Shown: piece by piece, positions 47,716 to 58,718 of the stretch | How the letters are laid out: each line of letters starts with the position of its first letter | Position numbering within the stretch: the stretch's first letter is position 1 | Assembly: GCA_963779755.1 (NCBI GenBank) | Contig: CAVZZO010000003.1 | Span: forward strand, 1,728,001-1,792,000 | DNA: 64,000 nucleotides | Origin: an uncultured Gemmatimonadales bacterium | Lineage (GTDB): Bacteria > Gemmatimonadota > Gemmatimonadetes > Gemmatimonadales > GWC2-71-9 | Direction: 5' to 3' | The notes under the pieces: generated by a model | Told to the model about the DNA's origin: nothing | The model's input: the letters and a program-made list of their open reading frames with translations, nothing else | The model's database searches: none | Made by a program: the position numbers and the translations under genes

Positions 47716-50700
47716 ATGTTCGCTGCGGTCCGCCGCTTACGCGGCATGCCGCCACCCGCCATCGTCCTTCTCGCGGCGGGCCTGGCGGTGGCGTGTCACT
47801 CCGATTCTCCCACCGGCCCCGGCCCCCAGCCGGAGGTTGCCGGCGTGGTGGTGACCGCCCTCCGCCAGCTGCTGGCGCCGGGAGATACCCTACAACTGGT
47901 TGCGCAGGTAATGGACTCGGCCGGCCGGGTGCTCCCCACCGAACCGGTGTCCTGGACGTCCAGCGATCCGGGCGTGATTCAGGTGGACGGGCAAGGGATG
48001 GCCACGGCCCAGTCGGTGGGCAAGGCCATCATTACCGCCAGCTCCGGCAGTCACACGGGAGCGGTGAGTCTCGAGGTCGGCGTCTCCCAGTTGTGCCCCT
48101 GCACCAGAATCATCGACTCGACGTCGGTCGCGCTGGAGTCGCGCGACGACTCCACCGGCGTCTACGTCTTCCGCATTCTGCGCGGCCCGCCACCCGACGT
48201 GGATTCGGGCTCCATCCTGGTCGGCGCCGAGGGCGAGGGGTACATCCGCCGGGTGCAGCATGCGTCCCTGGCGGGCGACGTGCTGACGGTCCAGACTACG
48301 CAGGCGTACGTGGAAGAAGCGGTGCAGGAGGGCGGTTTCTCCACGACCGCGTTCAGCGATTCCTCCGAAGGCGTGCCGGCGCCCGGGGGCGGCGCGTGGC
48401 TGGGACCGTGGAAGACGGTCTACATGGCGCCGGGCGTCAGCCTCAACCGGGCCGGGCTCTGCTGTACGCTGGACGGCCTCTCGTTCTCCATCAAGGTCAC
48501 GCCGTCGGCGAGTGCACCGGTCTCCGGCCAGGTGGACTTCACTATTGACAAGGGCGACATCGATTTCTCCCCCCGGACCTCGATGGTGACGAAGGTCCAC
48601 CTGAGCAAACTGGTGAAGTTCCAGCACGTGCTCCGCGGGAATCTTGCCCTCAACATCGATCAATACACGCTCAAGGTCGGTGTTACCGGCAGCCAGGGGC
48701 TGACCGTCCTCAAGAAGGAAAGCCAGAACTTCATCATCCAGCAGCGGCCCTATGCCACCTTCATCGGCCCCATGCCGGTGCTGGTCATCTTCACCAAGAA
48801 GATCTCGCTCGACATCACGCCCAGCGTGGGCGCCAGTGTCACGTTCACCGGCTCCTACCACGCCTCGCTGGGGATCGAGGCGGGCGCGCGGTGGACCGAC
48901 CCCGGCGGCTGGAAGCCGGTCTTCAGCGCGACCTCGTCACGCGACGCCACCGCGCCGAAGATCGCCGGAGTGGAAGGCACCGCGGCGGTCAAGATCGCCG
49001 TGGTGCCGGAGTTCAACATCCTGCTCTACGGTGTCGTGGGCCCGTACATCAACCTGGAGCCCTATGCCAACGCCTCGGCGTCCAGCGTGCTGGGGCTCTC
49101 GGGCGGAACGCCCACCGGCCTGGATTGGGAAACCGCGATCGACCTCGGGCTCAATCTCAATGGTGGCGCCAAGCTCTCCGTGATGGGACGGAAGGACCTG
49201 TTCGAGTTCGGCTACACCGTGCCCCTGATCAAGCCGAAACGCCTGGTGCGGGACTTCAGCGACGGCCAGCTCACCATCCGCAGCATCACTTCCGGCCAGG
49301 ATACCCCATCCACCTTCGGGGTCCAGCTCCGGCCGGCGTTCGTGGACCAACTGCCGCTCCTGGGGATCCGCGATCTCCAGTACGACTCGGTGGACAGCAC
49401 CATCGCGCCCAACGGGACCCTGGTGCTGGACAAGATCCGCTCGGGCACGGGCTATCCCCACCGGCTGGCGCTCACCCAGATCGCCGGGAACTGCTATGAC
49501 AGTCTGCCCAACCCGGATACGGTCGCCATCGGCTCGCATGCCTTCATTGCGCTGGGCGGCGCCGCGACCGACACCCTGTTCCGGGTGAACTGTATCCCGC
49601 TGGGCGATCTCGATGTCCAGACCAGCGTCAGCGGCCCCAGCCCGCCCCCGCGCTTCCGGGTGATTCTGCTGCGGCGGGACACCGTCGGAGTGGGCCGGGC
49701 GGACACGCCCGATACGGTGGACATCCCCGGAGGCCACGCGCCGGCGGATACGGTGCTGGAGAAGTTCATCCCGGTCAATCCCCGCCGGGGGGAACCGGCC
49801 GGCTGGACGCGACGCTGGAAACCACCCGGCGCAACTGCGCCGTCGCGCGCCCGTCCACCAGCCAGCTGGTGATCCAGTCCGGGGATACGGTCGCCACCCA
49901 GTACCTGGTGACCTGCGTCCCGCTGGGGAGCATCATGATGTCGGCGGCCACCTTCGACCCGGATCCGCCACCCGGGCAGAGCAGCCTGGTGTACCAGCCA
50001 CAGGTGGCGCCGCTGGCCGTGCAGGACAGCGTGGCGCTGCCGCCCGGTCCGCTCACGGCCGGCGACAGTACCATGGTGGACAGCCTGGTACCGCTCTACA
50101 ACGCCAGCGGCGCGCCCGGGAAGTACACCACCCAGCTCACCGGGGCGCCGAACCGGTGTTCCGATCCCCAGGGGCTGGCCCGCTCGGTCACGGTGCTGCC
50201 GGGCGACACGGCCATCACCGCCTATTCCCTGCATTGCGTCGAGCGGCTCCATGTCGTCACCACGACCCTGGGCCCCGGCACCGATGCCAACGGCTATAGC
50301 ATCGTCATCCTGCACCCCGGCGGTACGGTGGACACGCTGGCCGCCGGCCCCGACGATACCGTGCCTGTGGCCGGCCTGGCGCCGGGCCAGCATATCCTCA
50401 AGCTGGCGGATGTCGAGCCCAGCTGCATCGCCCCGGCGGCCGATACCGTGATGGTGAGCGCCACCGATTCGACCCTGGCCCGGTTCTTCGTCTCCTGTCC
50501 GGCACCGCCGCCGCCCTCCGGGCTGATGGCGACCACCGTCACGACCTCGCAGATCGACCTGGCCTGGCGACCGGCCGGACCGGACAGCGTGATCGCGAGC
50601 TATCGCCTCTATCGCAACGGCGCGCAGTACGACTCCACCGCCGATACCACCTTCAGCGATGCCGGCCTGGCACCGTACACCCAGTTCACCTACCAGGTGG

Positions 50701-51311
50701 CATCGGTGAACCATGCCGGCCTGGAAGGGCCCCTGAGCGGGCCGCTGGCCGTCCGGACGCTCGATGCCACGCCGCCCACCGCACCGCAGAATCTCTCGGC
50801 GGCGGCGGCCGGCGGGTTCCAGGCCAACCTCACCTGGAGCGCGGCGACGGATCCCGAAACCGGCATCGCAGGCTACCGGATCTATCGTGGCGGGGTGCTG
50901 GTAGACAGCACCTCCGGCACCGCGTACGCGGACACCAGTCTGGCGCCCAATACCACCTACAGTTGGGAAGTGTCGGCGGTGAACGGGCAGGGACAGGAGG
51001 GTCCCCGCAGTACGCCCGCATCGGCCACTACCGCTTCCCTCACAACCACGGGTGAGATCCGCGTCACCGTGGTCACCTCGGGCGTTATTCCGCAGTCGCC
51101 GTTCGAGGTACTGCTGGAAGGGCCGGACCGGCTCACCGGGCCGGTAGCGCCGAACGGAAACGCGATCTTCACCGATCTCACACCCGGCTCGTACAGCGTC
51201 CTGTTGCGAGGGACGCCCGTGACCTGCACTATCACGGAGCCCAATCCCCGGACCCTGGGGGTCGTGGCCGGCCAGCAGGCGCAGACCAGCTTCACGGTGG
51301 TATGCCAGTGA
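47716..51311 (+). CDS. Large surface lipoprotein with Big_2 and fibronectin type III domains (frameshift at G6 49787-49792)
   Basis: LAVAC lipobox; WTSSDPGV; FN3 motifs IDLAW..YRLYRNG, LAPNTTYSWEVSAVN; one extra G joins ORFs 47701-49872 and 49869-51311. Confidence 0.75.
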
Positions 51312-54251
51312 TGGACAGACGCCGCCGGCGGCCTCGTCTCTGGGCCGCCCTCGCCTTCCTCGCGGCGGTGGCCTGCCACTCCGATACCACCGGACCGGCC
51401 GGACCGCCGTCCGCATCGCGCTCGTTGGTCGAGGTGACCAACGGCGTGGTCGCCTCGGGGGAAACCACCAGCGTGCAGCTCGTCCTGATGGACGCCGGCG
51501 GAAACCGGGTGGAAGCAGGCGGCAATACGGTGGCCTTCGGATTGATGGCCGGCACCAGCGGTGGGACGATGGGGCCGGCCCTCGATCTGGGTAACGGCAC
51601 CTATACGACGACCTTTACCGGCATCGTCGCCGGCACGCCGGCCACCGTGACCGCTTCAATTGACGGTTCGCCCGTTACCAGTCCGCTGCCGACCATCCAG
51701 GTAGTGCCGGGCCCCGTTTCGCTCGCGGTATCGGTGATTGACGTCTCACCCGGCACGGTGACCCGCGGCGGTCAGGCAACGATCACGCTGGACACGCGCG
51801 ACGCCGCGGGCAATCCGCTGGGGAAGGGCGGTCTCGGCGTGGCCTTTGCCGCCGGCGGAGGCACCGCGACCGGCACCATGAGCCCGGTGACCGATCAGGG
51901 CGACGGGCATTACACCGCCGTCTTCACCGGCACCGGCCTGGGGAGCCCCCTGACCATCGGCGGCACGGTGGACGGCATGCCGCTCACCAGCGCATTGCCC
52001 ACCCTGTCCGTGGCCTACGGCGTCGCGGGCGATTCGTCGGTCATCTCCGTTTCGTCCGACACCGTCTCCGTCAACCAGGGCATCACCCTGACGCTCCAGG
52101 TACGGGACTCGGCCGGGGTCGCCAGAACGTCGGGCGGCGATACCGTCGCCTTCAGCTTCCAGAACACCGGAGCCGGCGACGGTACCATCGACAGCACCAC
52201 CGACCTGGGCGATGGGAGCTATACCGCCAGCTTCACCGCCTCGCAGGCGGGGGCGGTCATTATCGGCGCGACGCTCAACGGCCGGGCGGTAGGCGGCACC
52301 CAGCCGATGGTGAGCATCCTCGGCGCGTCGGTCAACCCGCAGAACTCCGGCGTCAGTGTCTCCCGCGATACCGTCGCGGCCGGCGACAGCGCCACACTGA
52401 CCCTGACGGTCCGGGATCTCGACAGCAACCAGACCGCCGCCGCCGGGCTCAGCATCGTCTTCACCGCCGGGGACGGCACTACCGGCGGCGGCACCATCGG
52501 GCCGGTGACCGACCACGGCGACGGCACCTATACGGCGCAGTTCACCGGCATGCGCGCCGGACCGGCGGCGGAAATCGGGGCGGTGATCAACGACACCGGC
52601 CAGGTGCAGATGCTGGATTCCACGGGCGCCTCGCAGCTGCCTACGATTACCGTCATCCCGGGGCCGGTGGCGCCGGATTCGTCGGTCTTCAGTGCCAGCC
52701 CGTCCCGGGTGAATGTGGGGGATTCCGCGCTCCTGCGGCTGGACACGCGAGACGGCTACGGAAATGCGCTCCGGCAAGGCGGCCTGGCGGTGAGCTTCCA
52801 GCGTACCGGCGGCGCCGGCGTCAGCGTGGGCCACCTGGGCGCGGTGGCGGACCAGGGCGACGGGACCTACCTGGCGCATTACTTCGCCGATACCGCCGGC
52901 GTGGGCGACACGCTGAGCGCCCTGATCGGCGGGGTGCCGGTCACGACCGCCATGCCGGTCATCGAGGTGACCTGCACGGCGGGCCCGGTGAACCTGCAGC
53001 AGTCCGTCATCACCGTCAACGACACCACGTCCCTGCAGTCGCCGTCAAGCCAGGTCGCCCTTCCCTCCGGGGTGACCACGACCATCACGCTCCAGCTGCG
53101 GGACGACCACGGGTGTGCCGTCACCGCGAGCCATAGCGTGAGCTTCAGTGCGACCGGGGGGACCAGCACCGGCCAGCTGGGAGCGACGGTGGACCAGGGC
53201 GACGGCAGCTATACCGCCACCTTCACCGGCATGCCCTGGCGGGGACCGCGCTGGACAGTGCGGGGCCACCGTGGACGGCAATGCGGTGACCTCGACTTCA
53301 CCCACCATCACCGTGATTCCGGGCGATATCTCGGCGCAGACCTCGTTCGTCACGCTTACACCTGCGGCACTGGATTCCGGCGCGCACAGCGCCGCCACAC
53401 TCCATGCGCGGGACGCCGCCGGGAATGTCCTGGTGACGGGTGGGCGGAACGTGGTCTTCAGTGTGGCCGGCACCCCGGCGCACGGGTCGGTAGGGCCCGC
53501 GACCGATCCGGGGAACGGCACCTACGTCGCCGTCTATACCGCCACCGCGGTGGACCCCGCCACCCCCGACTCGGTGACCGCCTTCATCGAAGGCACGCCA
53601 CTCCAGATGACGCCCCCCACGGTCCTGGTGGTGGCGGGTACTATCTCGCCCGATCAATCGCTGGTATCGCTGGGAGGGACGACCGTCGCGGCGGGGGATT
53701 CGGTGCTGCTTACCCTGACCGGCAAGGACGCGGCCGGACGAGCACTGGTCACGGGCGACCGGACCACGGCGATCGCCTTTACCCAGGCCGGGCCGGGCAC
53801 CGGCGTGGTGGGAACGTTGCAGAACCCGGACGACGGTAGTTATCACGCCTGGTTCTACGGCCGCAGCGCCGGCGGGCCGACCACCATCGGCGCCCTGATC
53901 GGCGCCGCCGCGGTCACCACCCCCCTGCCCACGCTGAGCGTGGTAGCCGGCCCCGCCTCCCCGGCGACCTCAACCGTCACCGCCGCGACGGACAGCCTCG
54001 ACGTGGGCCAGACAACCACCGTCGAGCTGCAGGTGTCCGATGCCTACGGGAATCCGGTGAACAATGCCGGGCTCTCGGTGGCGTTCACCGTCAGCCCCGG
54101 CACGGTGGGGACGGTCGGTGCCGCATCGTACGTGACGGGCAACACCTGGTCCGCCACCTTCACCGCGGCCGGATCGGGGACCGCGGATGTGGGCGCGACG
54201 ATCAACGGGGTGGCGGTGACGACGCCGCCGGCGGTGATCGGGGTGCCCTGA
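51311..54251 (+). CDS. Invasin/Big_1-like Ig-repeat lipoprotein (frameshift near 53230-53270)
   Basis: AAVAC lipobox; about 8 repeats of D.G(D/N)G(T/S)YTA.F with RDAAGN; two ORFs continue the same repeat. Confidence 0.8.
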
Positions 54252-54255
54252 CCCC

Positions 54256-54307
54256 GCAGGGCGACGCGCAGGGGCGACGCATGCGTCGCCCCTGCATGCG
54301 TCGCCCC
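54256..54307. repeat. REP-like palindrome nested in a second copy
   Basis: Perfect 28-bp GCAGGGGCGACGCATGCGTCGCCCCTGC (54268-54295) flanked by gcagggcgacgc and atgcgtcgcccc. Confidence 0.85.
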
Positions 54308-54316
54308 CGACGCGGT

Positions 54317-54869
54317 TCATAACCGCCGCGGGTTTTCCCGGATATACCGCCGGACCCGGTCCAGCATCCGGTCATCCCGGATGATCCATTCGTGGTAATT
54401 CCGCTGCCATAACCTGGCCCCTGGCGTCCCGCACCATTGGTTGACCCGCCTGGTCACGGCGGATTTGTACGATCCGACGATGGCCCCGACGGATCCCGGC
54501 GGCGCACCGGATGGTCGGGACCGCAGGGGCGACGCATGCGCGCGCCGCGGGGGCATGCCTCGCCCCCGCGGCGTCCGGAGCCATCCATCCCCCGCCAACC
54601 AAAATGATCCCGTGCACATGGTCCGGCATCACCACGAATTCGTCCAATGTCACGCGCGGGAAATGGTGGGGGATCTGATGCCACACGTTCAGCGCGATTC
54701 GGCCGGCGGCGCTCAACACCACCCTACCCGGAACGCGGTGTCCGAACAGCCGGCGGCGGCCATGCAGGCAGATGGTCACGAAATATCCGCCCGGCCGCGT
54801 GTAATCGTATCCCTTCAACCGGGTGGACCGGCGGTGATATCGCTGGCGGGCATAGCGGTCGTACACCAT
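54317..54869 (-). mobile_element. REP-associated tyrosine transposase (RAYT, Y1/IS200-like), frameshifted
   Basis: RRSTRLKGYDY; YFVTIC; HUH motif VMPDHVHGI; then other frame IVGSYKS, WQRNYHEWIIR, YIRENP. Confidence 0.88.
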
Positions 54870-54978
54870 GACGGAGCATCATGGCGAAAGACCGTGCCCT
54901 CGGGATCCGAAAGTCGCGGAGAGGAGCGGAATCGCCCAACAGGGCATCGCCAACCCGCAACGCAGTTATCATCGGGAC

Positions 54979-55821
54979 ATGATCGTCCACCTGATCGACG
55001 GCACCTACGAGCTGTTTCGCCATTTCTACGGCCTGCGCCGCTTTACCAAGGGCAAGGACCGGCCCTTTGGCGGCGTCATCGGCGTGCTCCATACCGTCTT
55101 CCAGATCCTCGAGGGCGGCGGCACCCACCTGGGTGTCGCCACCGACCACGTGATCGAATCCTTCCGCAACGAGCTGTATCCGCGGCTACAAGACGGGCGA
55201 AGGGATCGAGCCGGCCCTGTGGGCGCAGTTCCATCCGCTGGAGGAGGCGCTCCGAGGCGCTCGGCATAGTGGTCTGGCCCATGGTGGAACTGGAGGCGGA
55301 CGACGGTCTCGCCTCGGCCGCCTCCATCGCCGAACGGGACCCGCGGGTGGAGAAGATCTGCATCTGGACTCCGGACAAGGATCTGGGTCAATGCGTACGG
55401 GACGGTCGCGTGGTCCAGATAGACCGGCGGGGCAAGAAGATCCTGGACGAGGAAGGGATCCGGAAGAAGTTCGGCGTGCTGCCGACTCTCATTCCCGATT
55501 ATCTCGCCCTGGTAGGCGATGCGCAGGACGGCTATCCCGGTGTTTCCGGCATCGGAGCGGTCACGGCCGCCCGGCTGCTGAACCGGTATGGCCCGATCGA
55601 GCAGTTCCCGGCGGAGGTGCTGGGAGGCAGGAGTAAGGAGGCGCTGCTGTTCAAGCGCCTGGCGACATTGCGGACCGACGCGAAGCTCTTCCGGAACGTG
55701 GATGAGCTGGAGTGGAAGGGGCCGACGCCGGTATTTCGCGGAGTGGGCGAAGAAGATGGGACAGGAGCGGATGGTGGATCGGGCGAAGAAGGCGGCGGTG
55801 CGGAAAGAAGGTGATGAGTAA
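54979..55821 (+). CDS. 5'-3' exonuclease/flap endonuclease (three apparent +1 frameshifts)
   Basis: LIDGTYELFRHF; SFRN; EADD; DKDLGQ; DYLALVGD..DGYPGV.GIG; breaks near 55182, 55252, 55735. Confidence 0.85.
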
Positions 55822-55840
55822 GGATCGGACGCCTTACGTC

Positions 55841-58486
55841 CTATTTACCGCCCACCAGCCGCTCGAATCGTGGGTTACCCCTGAGCGGCGCAAACGTCGG
55901 GTCGATCCGCAGCCAGCCGGGCGAGAGATAGTACGGCATCTTGAGCAGCGGCTCCAGCAGGTCCAGCGCCTTTTCCGGTTCACCCACGAGCAAGTAGATG
56001 CGAACCAGCTGGTGCTGGTTGTAGGTGCCGCCAAACGCTTCCTGACTGGGCGGCGAAAGCGCGAGTCCGCGTTTGCCTTCGGCGATCGCCTCCGCCTTCC
56101 GGCCGAGATAGGCCAGCGCCAGTCCCAGGAACATGTGTCGCTGGGCATTGTCCGGCGTTGCCTGCAGCTGCTCCACGAAGGCCTGCCGGGCAGAGTCGGC
56201 GTAGATCCTGGCCTTCCCGAGGTTCCCCCGGACATACTCGGTCTCGGCCCGGACGATGCCCCAGGTGGCCCGGTCGTTGTCAAAGGCGCTCGGGGACAGA
56301 GTGAGGAGTTGCTGCTGCTGGGCATCGTCCAGCACCCAGTAGAGATCCCAGAAGTTGCCGAAGACGACGAGCAGAGAGGCAGAATCGGTGGTGGTCAGGG
56401 CCGAGCGCACTATCTCCCGGGCACCGGGAAGGTCGCCCTGGGCCAGGTCCAACATCGCCCGGTTCTCGATGACCGCCAGGTTGGCCGGGGCAAGCGCAAG
56501 AGCCCGATCCATCCAGGACCTGGCCTCGTCGTAGCGGCGCAGCCAGAGCAGCGTAAACCCGGTACGCCGTACCGTGACGGCCGAGCGCGGGTCGAGGGTT
56601 CCTGCCCTGATGAAGTGCTCCCGCGCCGATTCCCAGCGACCCAGACTCTGCTCCGCCAATGCCGCGCTTCCCAGCAAATCCACATTCGCGGGCGCCAGCT
56701 TGAGCCCAGCCTCAAATGCCTGGAGGGCGCGCCGGCTGTCGCCCGACACGAAGGCATAGTAGCTCCCGAGCGCCAGTTGTCCCTCAGGACGGGCGGGCCC
56801 GAGCTGCTGCGCCCGCTCGGCCGCGTTCCGGGCTTGCTCCGCCAGCGCCGGCAGGGGCGTGCTGTTGGTGTAGAGGAGCGATCTTGCCCGGGCCAGTTGA
56901 GCCCAGGCCGGAACGAACGACGGGTCGAGGTTCACCGCCTGCTCGTAGGAGGCAATCGCTCGCCGCAGGCTCGGCACATCGCTGGCCGACATGGCCTGTG
57001 AAGCCGCTTCACCTTTGAGGAACGCATCGTAGGCGGCGAGATTCGCCGTGGGCTTGGCCGCCAGCTCCTCCCGCACGCTGTCGCCCAGCGCCACATTGAG
57101 CGCACTTGCTACCCGGCCGGCGATGTCGGCCTGCACCTGAAACACGTCGGTGAGCGAGGCGTCGAATGCCTGTTGCCACTTGGTGGTGGGCGTCGCCCCC
57201 GGCTCGACCTGCACCAGTTCCGGACTCACCCGCACCCGGCTCGGACCATCGGCCGGCTTCTCCCAACGCACCGTCGCGGTCAGAAGGTACTCCGCGCCCA
57301 GCTCCCGTGCGATATCCTGGGGGGACTTGCCGCTATGCCGGTATTCGTTGGAGCTGGCCCGCGCGATCACGGCCAGACCAGCGAGCTGAGAAAGCTTCCC
57401 CCGCACCTCGTCGGTGATCCCGTCGGCAAAGTAGGCGTCGGCCGAATCGCCCATATTATCGAAAGGCAGCACGGCGATCCGCTTCGGCCCCAGCGCGCTG
57501 CTCGAGCCGCCCCGGCTGCTGCGCCAGGCGAAGAGCACGCCCACGCCAATCAGAAAGCCGAGCAGGAGCAGCATCGCCGCGGTGGGCAGGCGTCGCTGTC
57601 GGCCCTGGCCTGGTGCGGAGACCGGCACGGGAGCGGCGGCCTTCGGGACCGTGCCGGCGGGGAGCCGGAGTGCGCGGGCCAACTCCCCGGCGCTGGCAAA
57701 CCGGTCGGCGGGAAGCGTCGCCAGCGCCCGCTGAATCGCCTGATCCACCGCCTCGGGCACGCTGGCGCGCAAGCTGTGCACGCTCGGCGCCTCCTCGGTC
57801 AACCGCCGGGCGATGATCGCCTGGACGGTGGGGCCGCTGAACGGCGGCTCGCCCACCAGCATTTCATAGAGCACACAGCCCAGGGAGTAGATATCGGTCC
57901 GGACATCCAGCGCATGCTCGCCGCTCGCCTGCTCCGGGCTCATGTAGGCCGGGGTGCCGATGCTGATGCCCGTTTCGGTCAGCCGCTCTCCACCCGCCAC
58001 CGCCCGGGCAATCCCGAAATCGGCCACCAGAGTGGATCCGTCCCGGGTGAGCAGGAGGTTCTCCGGCTTGATATCCCGATGTACCACCCCGTGCTCGTGG
58101 GCGTACTGCAGCCCCTGGGCCGCCTCCCGGGTGATCCGCAGGGCTTCCTCCACGGAAAGCTGACGCTCCCGGTGCAGCCGGTCCCGCAGCGATTCACCCT
58201 CCACGAACGGCATGGTGAACCAGAGATAGCCTGCCGTCTCCCCCGAATCGTGAACCGCAAGGATATGGGGGTGCTGCAGCCGGGCGGCCAGCCGGATCTC
58301 CTGCTGGAACCGCTCGGGCCCCAGGGTGGCGGCGAGCTCGGGGTGCAGGACCTTGAGGGCGACCGGGCGGTCATGCTTCAGGTCGTGGGCGAGATAGACC
58401 GTGGCCATCCCCCCGCGCCCAAGCTCACGCTCGAGGCGGTAACGGTCGCGAAGACCCTCGGCCAGTGCCGCAGGTAGCTCGTTCAA
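55841..58486 (-). CDS. Ser/Thr kinase with TM, TolB-N-like and TPR domains (paralog of 30672; start uncertain)
   Basis: GRGGMA; HRDIKPEN; DFG; IAVLPFDN...YFADG; WLRIDPTF. Confidence 0.93.
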   Translation of the reverse strand: MNELPAALAEGLRDRYRLERELGRGGMATVYLAHDLKHDRPVALKVLHPELAATLGPERFQQEIRLAARLQHPHILAVHDSGETAGYLWFTMPFVEGESLRDRLHRERQLSVEEALRITREAAQGLQYAHEHGVVHRDIKPENLLLTRDGSTLVADFGIARAVAGGERLTETGISIGTPAYMSPEQASGEHALDVRTDIYSLGCVLYEMLVGEPPFSGPTVQAIIARRLTEEAPSVHSLRASVPEAVDQAIQRALATLPADRFASAGELARALRLPAGTVPKAAAPVPVSAPGQGRQRRLPTAAMLLLLGFLIGVGVLFAWRSSRGGSSSALGPKRIAVLPFDNMGDSADAYFADGITDEVRGKLSQLAGLAVIARASSNEYRHSGKSPQDIARELGAEYLLTATVRWEKPADGPSRVRVSPELVQVEPGATPTTKWQQAFDASLTDVFQVQADIAGRVASALNVALGDSVREELAAKPTANLAAYDAFLKGEAASQAMSASDVPSLRRAIASYEQAVNLDPSFVPAWAQLARARSLLYTNSTPLPALAEQARNAAERAQQLGPARPEGQLALGSYYAFVSGDSRRALQAFEAGLKLAPANVDLLGSAALAEQSLGRWESAREHFIRAGTLDPRSAVTVRRTGFTLLWLRRYDEARSWMDRALALAPANLAVIENRAMLDLAQGDLPGAREIVRSALTTTDSASLLVVFGNFWDLYWVLDDAQQQQLLTLSPSAFDNDRATWGIVRAETEYVRGNLGKARIYADSARQAFVEQLQATPDNAQRHMFLGLALAYLGRKAEAIAEGKRGLALSPPSQEAFGGTYNQHQLVRIYLLVGEPEKALDLLEPLLKMPYYLSPGWLRIDPTFAPLRGNPRFERLVGGK

Positions 58487-58718
58487 GGGGAAGAGGTGGA
58501 GATGACTGGAATATGCACGCAGCCCATGGCCCGCCGCCACTTTGGGCTGGACAGCGGCAGGCGGGGGAACACCCGGTTCGTAGCCGCCTGGCCCGCCGGC
58601 CACGAGGATTCACCAGTGTGCGGGGATCATCATACCGGTTTGCAGGTGGCGTTGGACTGAACACCCCTCACCCCGGCGGGGGGTTGTCCGGCCACCTGGT
58701 CCGTCGCCATGCAGCCGC

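Noticed and set aside
54979..55821. Programmed frameshifting in the exonuclease
   Set aside because: Three separate +1 breaks without slippery heptamers, amid other nearby indels; sequencing error is simpler.
30672..58486. DGR or defence-island interpretation of the paralogous kinases
   Set aside because: No reverse transcriptase, TR/VR pair, nuclease or integrase seen; ordinary paralog expansion suffices.
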